From contig CAYLLC010000005.1 in NCBI GenBank assembly GCA_964384355.1, positions 1 to 48,828 on the forward strand: DNA of 48,828 nt, read 5' to 3'. The notes beneath the pieces were generated by a model. The model ran no database searches and had not been told where the DNA came from. It saw nothing but the letters and a program-made list of their open reading frames with translations. The translations under genes were made by a program, and so were the position numbers. Of the stretch, positions 1 through 9,316 are shown piece after piece (the first letter of the stretch is position 1; every line of letters starts with the position of its first letter). The DNA is from an uncultured Sulfurospirillum sp. GTDB lineage: Bacteria > Campylobacterota > Campylobacteria > Campylobacterales > QNZT01.

Positions 1-417
1 TGCCGCGAGCATCGAGGAGAGTTTGCGTCGGAGAGTTCCGATCATACTCTGTTGCGGCATCGTCATATTTTGCATCAGGGACCGGCGCAGTATCTGAGAG
101 CTCCAGATATGGAAGCGGGTCGCTGCTTTGGGATTGAGCCGGTAGCCGACTGCGATGATTGCATCGAGGTTGTAGAAGTTGCCGCCGAAGTAGCGCCCGT
201 CTGCATTGGGTATCTCGATCTTTCGATTGGCGGTTTGGCTGTCGAGCTCACCGCTTTCAAAGAGCTGCTTCATGACGCTGTAGACTCTCGAGACGCGGCA
301 TCCGAAGAGCTGACTGATCTGAATCTGCGTCATCCAGAGTGACGCTTCACAGTAGACCACGCGGTCGATACTGCTGCCATACGGGTTTTGGTAGGGGAAG
401 GTTTTGATCGCTTTCAT
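1..417 (-). CDS. RhuM-family (virulence-protein-like, putative DNA-binding) protein, partial; C-terminus lies beyond the left edge
   Basis: Absent from the ORF track because it runs off the edge. Manual minus-strand translation from ATG 417-415 (AAGGAG = plus-strand ctcctt 424-429, 6 nt upstream) gives 139 uninterrupted codons: MKAIKTFPYQNPYGSSIDRVVYCEASLWMTQIQISQLFG...FYNLDAIIAVGYRLNPKAATRFHIWSSQILRRSL. The YNLDAII.VGYR......F.IW core is the RhuM-family signature as I remember it. Confidence 0.65.
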   Translation of the reverse strand, partial: MKAIKTFPYQNPYGSSIDRVVYCEASLWMTQIQISQLFGCRVSRVYSVMKQLFESGELDSQTANRKIEIPNADGRYFGGNFYNLDAIIAVGYRLNPKAATRFHIWSSQILRRSLMQNMTMPQQSMIGTLRRKLSSMLAA

Positions 418-496
418 CTCTGACTCCTTTGTTTTGTAGTCAGATTGTATAGAATATTTTCAATAAAATAGAAAAATATTTCAAATTGCAATATTT

Positions 497-1717
497 TTAC
501 ATATTGCCAAGGTTCATAGAGAAGATAGGCAGCAGCATCGCGATCACGATCACACCGATCGTCACACCCACGAAGAGGATCAGTGCCGGCTCCAGCAGCG
601 AGAGGAAGAGATCGATCTTCGTACGATTCTCCTCGAAATAGAGATCGGCCAGATTCTCCATCACCAGCGCCACTTCGCTCGTCTCTTCACCCAGTGCGAT
701 CGCCTGGATGAACGATTTGTCGACATGCCGGCCGTACTTCGCCAGCGCGGTCGAGAATTTTTTACCCTCGACCACCTCCTGCGAAGCTTTGACGAACTCA
801 TCCCGGATCACATCGTTGTCGAGGATATTGGAGGCGAGCTTGACCGCATGTACGAAGGTGACGCCCGACTTGACCAGTACCGAAGTGATATAGGAGAAGC
901 GGGCCAGCTCGAAGGTCTGTATGATCTTGCCAAAGAGCGGCAACCCGAGCAGAAAGCGGTGATAGAGATAGCGAAAACGGGCACTGTTGCGCACCATAAA
1001 CTGAAAGAGCAGCGCCAGTATGACGATCGTCACGGCGATGTAGAGCCACCATGCACCCAGAAAATCTCCCGCCGCGATCACCGCTTTGGTGATACCGGGC
1101 AGCTCCTGTTTGAGCTGTGTGAACATACCGGTGATTTTGGGTACGACGGTGGTGAGCATGAAGGCGACCATCATGATCGAGATCACGACGATAAACATCG
1201 GATAGACCAGCGCCTGTTTGACTTTGCCGGAGACCTTCTGCTGCTCCTCCACGAAGCGCGCCATCTCGAAGAGCACCTCCGCCAGACTGCCGCTCTCCTC
1301 CGCCACTTTGATCGACTGCTTGTAGAATGCCGGCAGCTCCAGAATCTCCTGCGACTCCAGCGCGGCGTAGTAGCTCTTGCCCTCGTCCATACTCGTCTCC
1401 AGCGATGTCAGGAAATCGACCATCAGCGGATCGTTCTCGTACTGTGATTTGGCCAGCCGGATCACATTGACGATCGGTATACCGCTGCGCAGATAGATCG
1501 CCAGATTGCGCGAGAGATTGGCCAGCTGCTTGGCAGGGAGCACCTTTTTGCGGCGAAAGGAGAATCGCTCCGCAAAAGAGCGCCCCGTCTCTTCGATACT
1601 CTGATAGATGATGCCTCTGGCTTTGAGTTTGCGTTTGGCTTCGGCGAGGTCCTGCGCCTCGATACGCGCTTTGACCTTTTTCCCCTGCTTGTCGAATCCT
1701 TTGTAGAGAAAGAGCAT
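497..1717 (-). CDS. gspF: Type II secretion system inner-membrane platform protein GspF
   Basis: 406 aa with ATG start. Duplicated GspF/PilC-type domain with three hydrophobic segments. Sits directly downstream of gspE with a 1-nt gap. Confidence 0.9.
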   Translation of the reverse strand: MLFLYKGFDKQGKKVKARIEAQDLAEAKRKLKARGIIYQSIEETGRSFAERFSFRRKKVLPAKQLANLSRNLAIYLRSGIPIVNVIRLAKSQYENDPLMVDFLTSLETSMDEGKSYYAALESQEILELPAFYKQSIKVAEESGSLAEVLFEMARFVEEQQKVSGKVKQALVYPMFIVVISIMMVAFMLTTVVPKITGMFTQLKQELPGITKAVIAAGDFLGAWWLYIAVTIVILALLFQFMVRNSARFRYLYHRFLLGLPLFGKIIQTFELARFSYITSVLVKSGVTFVHAVKLASNILDNDVIRDEFVKASQEVVEGKKFSTALAKYGRHVDKSFIQAIALGEETSEVALVMENLADLYFEENRTKIDLFLSLLEPALILFVGVTIGVIVIAMLLPIFSMNLGNM

Positions 1718-1718
1718 C

Positions 1719-3242
1719 TTAGTCTTTGAGCCCTACCCTGATCACCTCTTTGAGCGAGGTTTCACCCGCCAGCAGCAGCTCCATCAGCTGCTCGCCGATC
1801 AGCTTCATCCCTTTGCCGCGCATCGCTTCGCGGATCTCGAAATCGGTCATCTTGTTTTTGAGCATCATCTTCACTTCGTCATCCATGATCAGCAGCTCTC
1901 CGACCGCCTGCCGTCCTGCGAAACCGGTGAAGTTGCACTTCGCGCAGCCCACCGCTTCGTAGACTTCATAATCGGCCGCGATATCGAACTCCTCGACGAT
2001 ATCGGCAGGGAGTTTCGACGGCTTTTTGCACTCAGAGCAGAGCTTGCGCACCAGCCGCTGCGCCAGTACGCCCAGCAGCGAGGAGCTGATCAGAAAATCA
2101 TCGACCCCCATATCGACCAGACGCGTGATCGCCGCCGCGGTATTGTTGGTGTGGAGCGTAGAGAGCATGAGGTGTCCGGTCAGCGCCGCCTGTATCGCGA
2201 TCTCGGCGGTCTCTTTGTCACGGATCTCACCCACCATGACGATATCGGGATCCTGTCGCAGAATCGAGCGCAGCCCTGACGCGAAGGTCAGGCCCGTCTT
2301 GACATTGACCTGAATCTGGTTGATATTGTCCGCTTTGTACTCGACCGGATCTTCGACGGTGATGATATTTTTGTCGGGTGTCGCCACCGTCTGCAAAAAG
2401 GTGTGCAGCGTCGTCGACTTACCGCTGCCGGTAGGTCCGGTGACGAGTATCATGCCGTGCGAATGCTCCAGCAGCTTCTCGAATTCGCTCTGCAGCCTTC
2501 TGGTAAAGCCCAGTTTCTCGAGCGTCGGTATGTCGCTGGATTCCATCAGGATACGCATGACCACCCGCTCGCCGTAGTAGGTCGGCAGCACCGATACCCT
2601 GATATCGAGCTCTTTTCCTGCGATCTTGACCTGTGTGCGCCCGTCCTGCGGCACACGCTTTTCGGAGATATCGAGATTGGAGATGACTTTGATACGGCTG
2701 ACGACCAGCGCGATGATATTCTTGTCCAGATCGACATGCTTGACCAGTACGCCGTCGATACGAAAGCGCACGACACCGCGCTTCTCATGCGACTCGATAT
2801 GGATATCCGACGCCCCTCGCTTCATCGCCTGATAGAAGAGCGAATTGACGAATTTGATGATCGGTGCCGACTCTTCGCTCGTGAGGATGTCGCTGCTGTT
2901 TTTGAGAAACTCCGTCAGCGAGATATCCTCTTCGAGCAGCTCCGTTTCGCTCTCTTCGTTGATCGTGGAAGAGAGCTCTTTGTCGGTCTTCATCTCCAGA
3001 TAGCGGTGGTAGAGCCGGTCGTAACTCTCCTGATCGACAAAGGCCAGCGGCAGATCGAGGTCGAGTTTGGAGAGGAGATTGAAGCCGTCGCTCAGATGAT
3101 CGGGATGCAGCACGATGTAGGGCTTGCCCTCGATCTTCGTGACCAGCAGGCTGTTTTTGACGCAGAGATCGGCATCGACACCCTCGATCGCTTCCGGATA
3201 GAGATCGAGATTGCTAAAGTGCGATATGTTGTTGAGCTGCAT
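1719..3242 (-). CDS. gspE: Type II secretion ATPase GspE
   Basis: 507 aa. Walker A GPTGSGKST, Walker B/Asp box region (IVMVGEIRD), His box (LSTLHTN), and C-terminal tetracysteine CSECK...CAKCNFTG. AGGAG RBS upstream of ATG 3242. Confidence 0.93.
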   Translation of the reverse strand: MQLNNISHFSNLDLYPEAIEGVDADLCVKNSLLVTKIEGKPYIVLHPDHLSDGFNLLSKLDLDLPLAFVDQESYDRLYHRYLEMKTDKELSSTINEESETELLEEDISLTEFLKNSSDILTSEESAPIIKFVNSLFYQAMKRGASDIHIESHEKRGVVRFRIDGVLVKHVDLDKNIIALVVSRIKVISNLDISEKRVPQDGRTQVKIAGKELDIRVSVLPTYYGERVVMRILMESSDIPTLEKLGFTRRLQSEFEKLLEHSHGMILVTGPTGSGKSTTLHTFLQTVATPDKNIITVEDPVEYKADNINQIQVNVKTGLTFASGLRSILRQDPDIVMVGEIRDKETAEIAIQAALTGHLMLSTLHTNNTAAAITRLVDMGVDDFLISSSLLGVLAQRLVRKLCSECKKPSKLPADIVEEFDIAADYEVYEAVGCAKCNFTGFAGRQAVGELLIMDDEVKMMLKNKMTDFEIREAMRGKGMKLIGEQLMELLLAGETSLKEVIRVGLKD

Positions 3243-3250
3243 CCATTCTC

Positions 3251-5515
3251 CTAATAGTAGTCGTCGGTTTTGACGCGTTTTCTGGAGATGATATTCCCCT
3301 GCGCATCACGCAGCACATGGTATGCCCGCTGGTGCTCGTCGATGATGATCTCCTCTTCGGGCTGGGTATGCTCCGCCGCAGGAGGCGTCTCCTGCACGAT
3401 CTGCGGCTGACTCTCCGCCTCGATCTCGGGGGCACTCTGCATCAGTACCTCCCTCGATGGCATCTCGACCTCTCGGGCGGGATGGACCACCGTCTGCGGC
3501 TCCTCTTCGAAGCTCTCATGGGCGATCGTCTCCGGTGCCAGTTCGATCCGCTTGCCGCTTTTGAGCTGCTCGTCCAGTTTGTAGGCGAGATTCTTCTCGA
3601 TCATGTCGAGCCGTCCGAGCGCCTCTTTGAGTTTGCTCAGATCCTGACTCCGCTTGACGATATAGGGGGTGATCATGATGACCAGCGAAATCTTGTCCTT
3701 ATCCTCTTTGGTATGGCGAAACGGAATCCCCAGAATCGGAATATCGCCCAGCAGCGGTATCTTGGTGACGGTTTTGCTCGTCTTGTCCTTGACCAGTCCG
3801 CCGATGATGACCGTCTCGCCGTTTTTGACGATCGATGTGGTCGAGACTTCGCGTTTGGTCGTCGTCGGCAATCCCACCTGTCCGCCGATCACATCCTCCA
3901 GCACCGTCTTGATATCCAGCGCCACTTTGTTGTCTTCGGAGATGCGCGGCTTGACTTTGAGGGTCAGACCGATATCTTCGCGCGAATAGTTCTGTCGTGT
4001 CAGCGATGTCGCGTCGCTGCCCGTCGTCGCCTGCGTCAGGATCGACTCGGTACGCCCGACATAGAGCGAAGACTCTTTGTTGTTGATACAGAGCACGGCA
4101 GGCTCGGAGAGGATGTTGGCCACGCCGTTCTTGTCGAAGAGCGAAATCGTCGTACCGAGTGCCAGCGCTTTGGTCACTTTGGGAATCTCGAAGTTGTTCC
4201 CCAGCAGGCCGGCGACCTGTCCGATCGCGTTGGAGCCGTCGAGGCTGCCGATCAGGCCGCTGAAGCCGTAGAGCCCGGAGCTGTTGGCGATACCTCCGAG
4301 CAGGCTGTATTTGACACCCAGCTGCTCCGCTTTGTTTTTGCTGATTTCGACGATCTTGGCCTGTACATAGACCTGCTGTCTCTCGACATCCAGCTCTTCG
4401 ACGACGCTGCGTATCTCTTTGATCTCGCGATCGGTCGCATAGACGACGACGGCGTTGAGCTCGGTATCGACGGTGACGGTCGGTTTGTCTTTGCCGCTGA
4501 CACCCGGCAACGGCTCTTCACGCTGCGCCTGCTGCGGTTGTGCGGGGAGATTTTTGGTTTTGCCGGCGGGTGCTTTGACGCGCGGCACGGTCTGCGCGAA
4601 TGTGGGCTGATTCTCCTGTGGTTTGCGCGCCCGGGCGAAACTCTTGTCCGAGAGGAGCTTTTCGAGTGTCTTGACGATCTCGGCAGCGTCGGCATTCTTG
4701 ACATAGATGATCTCCATATGCTTGTCGACCGTTTCGTTGCCTTTGTCCATCTTGCGGATTTTGGGGATCAGACGCATGACATTGCGGTGTGCGCCGATCA
4801 GGACGATCGAGTTGCTCGCATCGTCGGCGAAGACGCTCACCTTCTGTGTCTGGATGCGATTGTCGAACATCGCCTTGACCAGCTGCTGCACCTTCGGCAG
4901 TACCGCTTTGGCATCGGCATTGTGCAGTTTCACAAACTGTGCGTTGGGCTTGACCGTGCCGTTGTCGAGTTTGCGGATCAGATTTTTGATCGTACGGATA
5001 TTTTCGGGGTAGTCGGTGACGACGACGGAGTTGCTCTCGTAGGAGAGCGTGATCTTGCCGTACTTGCTGAGCAGAAAGTTGACCTGTCGCAGAATCGTCC
5101 GGACATTGAGATTCTCCACGGGAATCACGACCGTCTGCACTTCGGGCAGAGGGGTGGAACCGTAGGACGGAGGGGCCGATTTGGGGGCATCGGCACTGCG
5201 GATCACTTCGAGAAAACCGTTTTTCGTATCATGGATCGTATACCCTTTGGTCGCCAGCACCTTGACCAGCAGATCGTAGATCTTGTCTTTGCGTACCGGT
5301 TTGACGGAGACGAAATCGACCGTACCCTGCACATTCTGCCCGACGAGAATATTCTTGCCGGTGATATGGGCGACCATATTGATAAAATCGACGATCTTCA
5401 GATTCTTGAAGTTGATCTTGACCGTGTTGCTCTCTTCTGCCGTTGTCGAAGCCGTCAGTGTCGTCACGCTCGCCATCGTCGCAGCCAGCAGACAACTCAG
5501 CACTATCTTTCTCAT
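3251..5515 (-). CDS. gspD: Type II secretion outer-membrane secretin GspD, with a long acidic C-terminal extension
   Basis: 754 aa. Signal peptide MRKIVLSCLLAATMASVTTLTA, N-domain repeats, and a secretin core (VIIGGLVKDK...IPLLGDIPILGIPFR...LVIMITPYIV). Confidence 0.9.
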   Translation of the reverse strand: MRKIVLSCLLAATMASVTTLTASTTAEESNTVKINFKNLKIVDFINMVAHITGKNILVGQNVQGTVDFVSVKPVRKDKIYDLLVKVLATKGYTIHDTKNGFLEVIRSADAPKSAPPSYGSTPLPEVQTVVIPVENLNVRTILRQVNFLLSKYGKITLSYESNSVVVTDYPENIRTIKNLIRKLDNGTVKPNAQFVKLHNADAKAVLPKVQQLVKAMFDNRIQTQKVSVFADDASNSIVLIGAHRNVMRLIPKIRKMDKGNETVDKHMEIIYVKNADAAEIVKTLEKLLSDKSFARARKPQENQPTFAQTVPRVKAPAGKTKNLPAQPQQAQREEPLPGVSGKDKPTVTVDTELNAVVVYATDREIKEIRSVVEELDVERQQVYVQAKIVEISKNKAEQLGVKYSLLGGIANSSGLYGFSGLIGSLDGSNAIGQVAGLLGNNFEIPKVTKALALGTTISLFDKNGVANILSEPAVLCINNKESSLYVGRTESILTQATTGSDATSLTRQNYSREDIGLTLKVKPRISEDNKVALDIKTVLEDVIGGQVGLPTTTKREVSTTSIVKNGETVIIGGLVKDKTSKTVTKIPLLGDIPILGIPFRHTKEDKDKISLVIMITPYIVKRSQDLSKLKEALGRLDMIEKNLAYKLDEQLKSGKRIELAPETIAHESFEEEPQTVVHPAREVEMPSREVLMQSAPEIEAESQPQIVQETPPAAEHTQPEEEIIIDEHQRAYHVLRDAQGNIISRKRVKTDDYY

Positions 5516-5523
5516 ATGTACCC

Positions 5524-6354
5524 CTAATTGATATTGAATTCCAGATCGACATCCTCGCCGCCGCGCTGTACGGTCAGAGTCAATCCATCCAGATTGTTGA
5601 TATTGTTGTAGTATCGCATGACATCCGAGAGCGAGTGGATCTCACTGCCGTCGATCGCTTTGATCACATCACCGCTCCTCAGCCCCGCCTGATCGAAGAA
5701 GGAGCCCTTCTTGACATAGTTGACGCGAAATCCCTCGATCTGGCCATGTCTGCGCAGCTCCTGAATGCGGATATTGCGCCAGATCTTGTTGGGATTTTTG
5801 ATATAGGACTGCACCTCTTCATGCGTCACGACGACCGGCTCGAAAGGCTGCGGCTGAGGAGACGGCACGCCGCGCGCCCCTCCTCCCGGTATCTCTGCAT
5901 GTCCGCCGCCCGATTTGGTTTTCGATCCCTTCTCGTCGATGACGAGATCGTAGTTTTTCCCGTTCTTTTCGAAGATCGCACGGTTGTCGTAGATCGCCTT
6001 GAGCACATAGCCCATATAGCGGTCCCCTTTGTAGAGGAATGTGCTCCCCAGATGATCCTCTATGACGATAAAGCTGTTGTCCCCCTCCAGATAGGTTCCC
6101 TTGAGAGTGATATCCTTGATCCTGTCCGCCGCTTCGATCTCCTGCACCGGAGCGACATGCGCCTTGAAAGGCAAAAATCTCGGTGCCAGATCGAGCGCAT
6201 AGTGGTAGGAGAGCTGCGAGACTTTCGGCGTCACGACATCATCCTTCGCGAGATAGAGCATGGTCACGACGCTGTAGATCAGCTTGACCGCAGCGAAGGG
6301 GAGCAGCAGATAGAGAATCACCGTTTTGAAAAGATCAATAGAGCGTTGATTCAT
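5524..6354 (-). CDS. gspC: GspC-like T2SS protein (N-terminal TM helix + C-terminal PDZ domain)
   Basis: 276 aa. One N-terminal TM helix and a C-terminal PDZ-like segment (AGLRSGDVIKAIDGSEIHSLSDV). Immediately upstream of gspD, as in canonical operons. Confidence 0.7.
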   Translation of the reverse strand: MNQRSIDLFKTVILYLLLPFAAVKLIYSVVTMLYLAKDDVVTPKVSQLSYHYALDLAPRFLPFKAHVAPVQEIEAADRIKDITLKGTYLEGDNSFIVIEDHLGSTFLYKGDRYMGYVLKAIYDNRAIFEKNGKNYDLVIDEKGSKTKSGGGHAEIPGGGARGVPSPQPQPFEPVVVTHEEVQSYIKNPNKIWRNIRIQELRRHGQIEGFRVNYVKKGSFFDQAGLRSGDVIKAIDGSEIHSLSDVMRYYNNINNLDGLTLTVQRGGEDVDLEFNIN

Positions 6355-6853
6355 AGATATACCCCTCCCCGCTTTTTCTGAAGAGCTCTCTGAAAGCAGC
6401 CGATTGTCTGAATCGGGCGCTCGGCTCGATCGTCAGATGGATCTTGCCGCTTTTGAGATTCAGCTTGCCCGAAACGGTGCCGAAATTACCCTCCGCATGC
6501 AGCGCAGCCTCCGTCGGATGGATCACGGAGTGGGTGACGACCAGCCGGTCGGCACGGAAATCGAAGAGCTTCCGCAGATCCTTTCCGGCGCGCACTCCCT
6601 CCGCCTCGATGCGGTTGAAGAGCAGCCACGCCAATACCTCCACACGCTCGGCATCGGCCGACTCTATCCCGTCGTAGTAGAGCTTCATCCCCTCGATCTT
6701 CAGATCGAACCACCGATCCTGCAATCGCTCCTGCGTCATCGTGACATGCTCGCGCTGCAGCTGCTGCTTGAGCGTATAGTAGAGATTGACTTTGGGCATC
6801 AGAAAGATCAGCGCCAGATAGGTCGACAGAAGCAGTATCAGAAACTTTCTCAT
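6335..6853 (-). CDS. Bitopic membrane protein, GspN-like by position
   Basis: 172 aa with an N-terminal TM helix (FLILLLSTYLALIFLM). ATGA overlap with the upstream gene and a 20-nt overlap with gspC. The call rests on size, topology and position only. Confidence 0.4.
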   Translation of the reverse strand: MRKFLILLLSTYLALIFLMPKVNLYYTLKQQLQREHVTMTQERLQDRWFDLKIEGMKLYYDGIESADAERVEVLAWLLFNRIEAEGVRAGKDLRKLFDFRADRLVVTHSVIHPTEAALHAEGNFGTVSGKLNLKSGKIHLTIEPSARFRQSAAFRELFRKSGEGYIYESTLY

Positions 6854-7242
6854 TTGGCGATCTCCACTCTCACTTTGGCATGCAGGTCGTCGATTCTGCT
6901 CACGGCCAGCTTCTTGATCCGCAGACCGGAGTTGGCGATCTTGCGCAGCAGTGCGTTGAGTTTGGTCGCATCGAGCTGGTCGAATACCAGGATCTTTCTA
7001 TCCGATTTGACCAACTCCTTCTGGGGCGCTGCGATCCTTTTTAGCGTCGCGATCTGACGCTTCGTCGCCTGCTTGCCGAACCGCTTCTTGAGCATGCCGA
7101 TCTCTCTGGCCTCTTTTTCGAATCTCACCAGCTGCGACTTCTGATCTACGAAATCTTCGTAGGCATGACGCTTCATGTTGTAGGCTACAGCCAGCATCAG
7201 CAGTGCGACCAGCGCGAAAAGAAGCAGATTTTTCTGGCTCAT
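6850..7242 (-). CDS. Bitopic membrane protein, GspM-like by position
   Basis: 130 aa with a single N-terminal TM helix (LLLFALVALLMLAVAY). ATGA overlaps on both sides. Size and topology are typical of GspM/PilO. Confidence 0.45.
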   Translation of the reverse strand: MSQKNLLLFALVALLMLAVAYNMKRHAYEDFVDQKSQLVRFEKEAREIGMLKKRFGKQATKRQIATLKRIAAPQKELVKSDRKILVFDQLDATKLNALLRKIANSGLRIKKLAVSRIDDLHAKVRVEIAK

Positions 7243-8174
7243 ACGGCGATCTTCAACTGCAGGATATTGTCGTTTATCCGGCTCTGCAGAATTTTATGTT
7301 TTTTCGAGAGTGCCGCTTTGATCGCCGCCTCTCTGGCGGGATCGTGCAGTGCGATCTCCAGCGTGCCGCTTTTGTCGTCGAACGCCAGCGTCTTGATATA
7401 CTCGCTTTTTTGCAGCGGCAGTTTCGAAATATCGTAGAGTGCATCTCGCATCTTTTTCTGTTCCTTGTAGGTTTTGAAGAGGCGGCTTCTGATACTCGCC
7501 AGCTGCATCGTCGTCGGAGGGAGGTCATACTTGCGTATCAGTGCCGCTCTGGCCTTTTCGAGATCGGAGGATGCCGCCTTGTAATCGACATATTCGATCC
7601 CCAGCGCCGAGAGAAAGAGTGCGAAGACCACCCCGAGCGCCACCACCGTCCGACGGTCGATCACCTCCATATCGAGCGAGCCGAGCTTCACCTTGCGGGC
7701 GGTCGGCCTGAGATCTTTGAGGAAGGTTTCGATATCGAGTTTCGGATCGGTGCAGTTTCGGGGAATCTGCATCAGCAGGCCATTGAGATTGACCAGCGAG
7801 CTCTTCTCATCGACGGTACAGCACTCCTGCAGAGCCGCGCAAGCATCCTGTGCGAAGTGGACGCTTCTCACTTTGGCTGCATCGGTGAACTTTTCGGCCA
7901 GCGCCTCGCTGATCGCCGCTCTGTCGTAAGCGATCAGGATAAATTCACCATCCTCGCTGCGCGCCACTTCATAGCTGTACTCCCCCGCCGGCAGGCTCCC
8001 CTCGAAAACGGAAGCGGCCAGTTTTCTGGCATCGCCGACCCGTTTGACGGGCAGTGCCGTCTTCTTGACCCAGTAGTATTGCGGAGAGAGGATGACGGCA
8101 TACTCACCCTCTTTCACAGGTGCGCTCTCTTTGTGCATGAAAAAGGGTGTGGCACTATTTTGAAACAGATTCAT
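7239..8174 (-). CDS. GspL-like assembly protein (cytoplasmic domain - TM - periplasmic domain)
   Basis: About 311 aa with a central TM helix (VVALGVVFALFLSALGI). The ORF-track start at 8177 is TTG, and the next codon is ATG at 8174. The call rests on architecture and position. Confidence 0.5.
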   Translation of the reverse strand: MNLFQNSATPFFMHKESAPVKEGEYAVILSPQYYWVKKTALPVKRVGDARKLAASVFEGSLPAGEYSYEVARSEDGEFILIAYDRAAISEALAEKFTDAAKVRSVHFAQDACAALQECCTVDEKSSLVNLNGLLMQIPRNCTDPKLDIETFLKDLRPTARKVKLGSLDMEVIDRRTVVALGVVFALFLSALGIEYVDYKAASSDLEKARAALIRKYDLPPTTMQLASIRSRLFKTYKEQKKMRDALYDISKLPLQKSEYIKTLAFDDKSGTLEIALHDPAREAAIKAALSKKHKILQSRINDNILQLKIAV

Positions 8175-9147
8175 CAATACTCTCTATCCTCTTGTGCGAG
8201 ATGTCGTAGGTAAAACGCAACTCGTTCTCCTGGTTTGCGGTTCCCAGAATGAGGTTACATTTTAACAGATACTTACTTTTTGTATTATTTAAATCAAATT
8301 GTTTAATCCTAAAAAGTTTTTTTAGATTTTGTAATTCAGGCTCTACCGAGAGTGCGGGACTCTTGTCGCGAAAGAGCGCACAGTAGTAGTCGGGATCGAC
8401 CACCTCCATCGCGACCATATGGGCGGGCAGAATGTAGCTGAATGGATCCTCGGTCGATGTCAGATCCATGCGACAATCGAGCATATCTCTGGAGAGGTTG
8501 GTATCCCCGAAGTAGAAAACATCCTCGACATGTGCACGATCGAGCCGGAAGACATTTTTGTCGGAGGTGAGCCGGTAGTAGCGTCGGAAAATCTTCTGCA
8601 GATGGTGATAGCTGTAGATCCTGCCCTGCGCGAAATCGATATCTTCGTTCGCGATCTCCGTTTCGCTCCCCAGCTCCAGATCGTCACGATCGACCGTATC
8701 GACGAGCAGATCGATCATCGTCCGTTTGTCGCGAATCTCATATTTGTCGAAGAAGCGATCCAGCGGGCGGCAGAGCAGCTCCGTGGTGAGATTGAGATCG
8801 CAGTTCCCCTCCGCCCCAGCGAGCTGTGTCAGGATCGCGTTGAGATTGAGTCTGCGCATCAGAGGACGCATCTCGAACCCCACCGTCAGACCCGTTTTGG
8901 GCTCGGTGATGGGAGGAATCGTCGATGCGCTCAGCAGCATGTCGAGCGTGTCGGCGTCTTTGACCTCTTTGGTGTTCTCATGCAGCAGTTTGTCGAAATC
9001 TTTGAAACCGAGGGCATACTGGTTCTGCGCATCGATCATCGCGACGACATCGAAGCTCTTCTGCGCGATAGAGAGGGTGTAGAGGACCAGAGCGGTGATG
9101 ATGGCGATAAAACCGAGCGTCAGCATCAGAACGATTGCTTTTTTCAT
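8155..9147 (-). CDS. GspK-like minor pseudopilin candidate
   Basis: 330 aa with an N-terminal hydrophobic helix (AIVLMLTLGFIAIITALVLY), an RRLNLNAIL motif reminiscent of the GspK NxN segment, and ATG at 9147. First gene of the minus-strand T2SS operon. The assignment is tentative. Confidence 0.4.
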   Translation of the reverse strand: MKKAIVLMLTLGFIAIITALVLYTLSIAQKSFDVVAMIDAQNQYALGFKDFDKLLHENTKEVKDADTLDMLLSASTIPPITEPKTGLTVGFEMRPLMRRLNLNAILTQLAGAEGNCDLNLTTELLCRPLDRFFDKYEIRDKRTMIDLLVDTVDRDDLELGSETEIANEDIDFAQGRIYSYHHLQKIFRRYYRLTSDKNVFRLDRAHVEDVFYFGDTNLSRDMLDCRMDLTSTEDPFSYILPAHMVAMEVVDPDYYCALFRDKSPALSVEPELQNLKKLFRIKQFDLNNTKSKYLLKCNLILGTANQENELRFTYDISHKRIESIDESVSK

Positions 9148-9316
9148 AAATTATAAAGCTACTTTCACTATAATATTGGTCTTATTTTATAATAAGTATC
9201 TTAAATACAACTATTTGAATTTGCACTGAACGCTCCATGACAGCATGCCATATCCGACAGACCGCACAGCGACAAATCCGGAGTGCTCGGCAAGATTCAA
9301 CCAAAAGGAAAAGTTT

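Noticed and set aside
3317-5527. 736-aa ORF on the plus strand, antisense to gspD. Similar long antisense ORFs occur at 725-1447, 2403-3254, 5443-6381, 7203-8213 and 8419-9156.
   Set aside because: These are mirror-frame ORFs typical of GC-rich coding DNA. Their translations are low-complexity R/D/H/L/G-rich strings with no motifs and no RBS, and the opposite strand encodes strongly recognisable T2SS proteins.
9148-9316. A sigma-54 (TGGCAC-N5-TTGC) promoter in the gspK-like / gspG divergent region.
   Set aside because: Only a TTGCA-like fragment (tttgaatttgcact) is present, without the GG element at -24. This is not enough to call a promoter.
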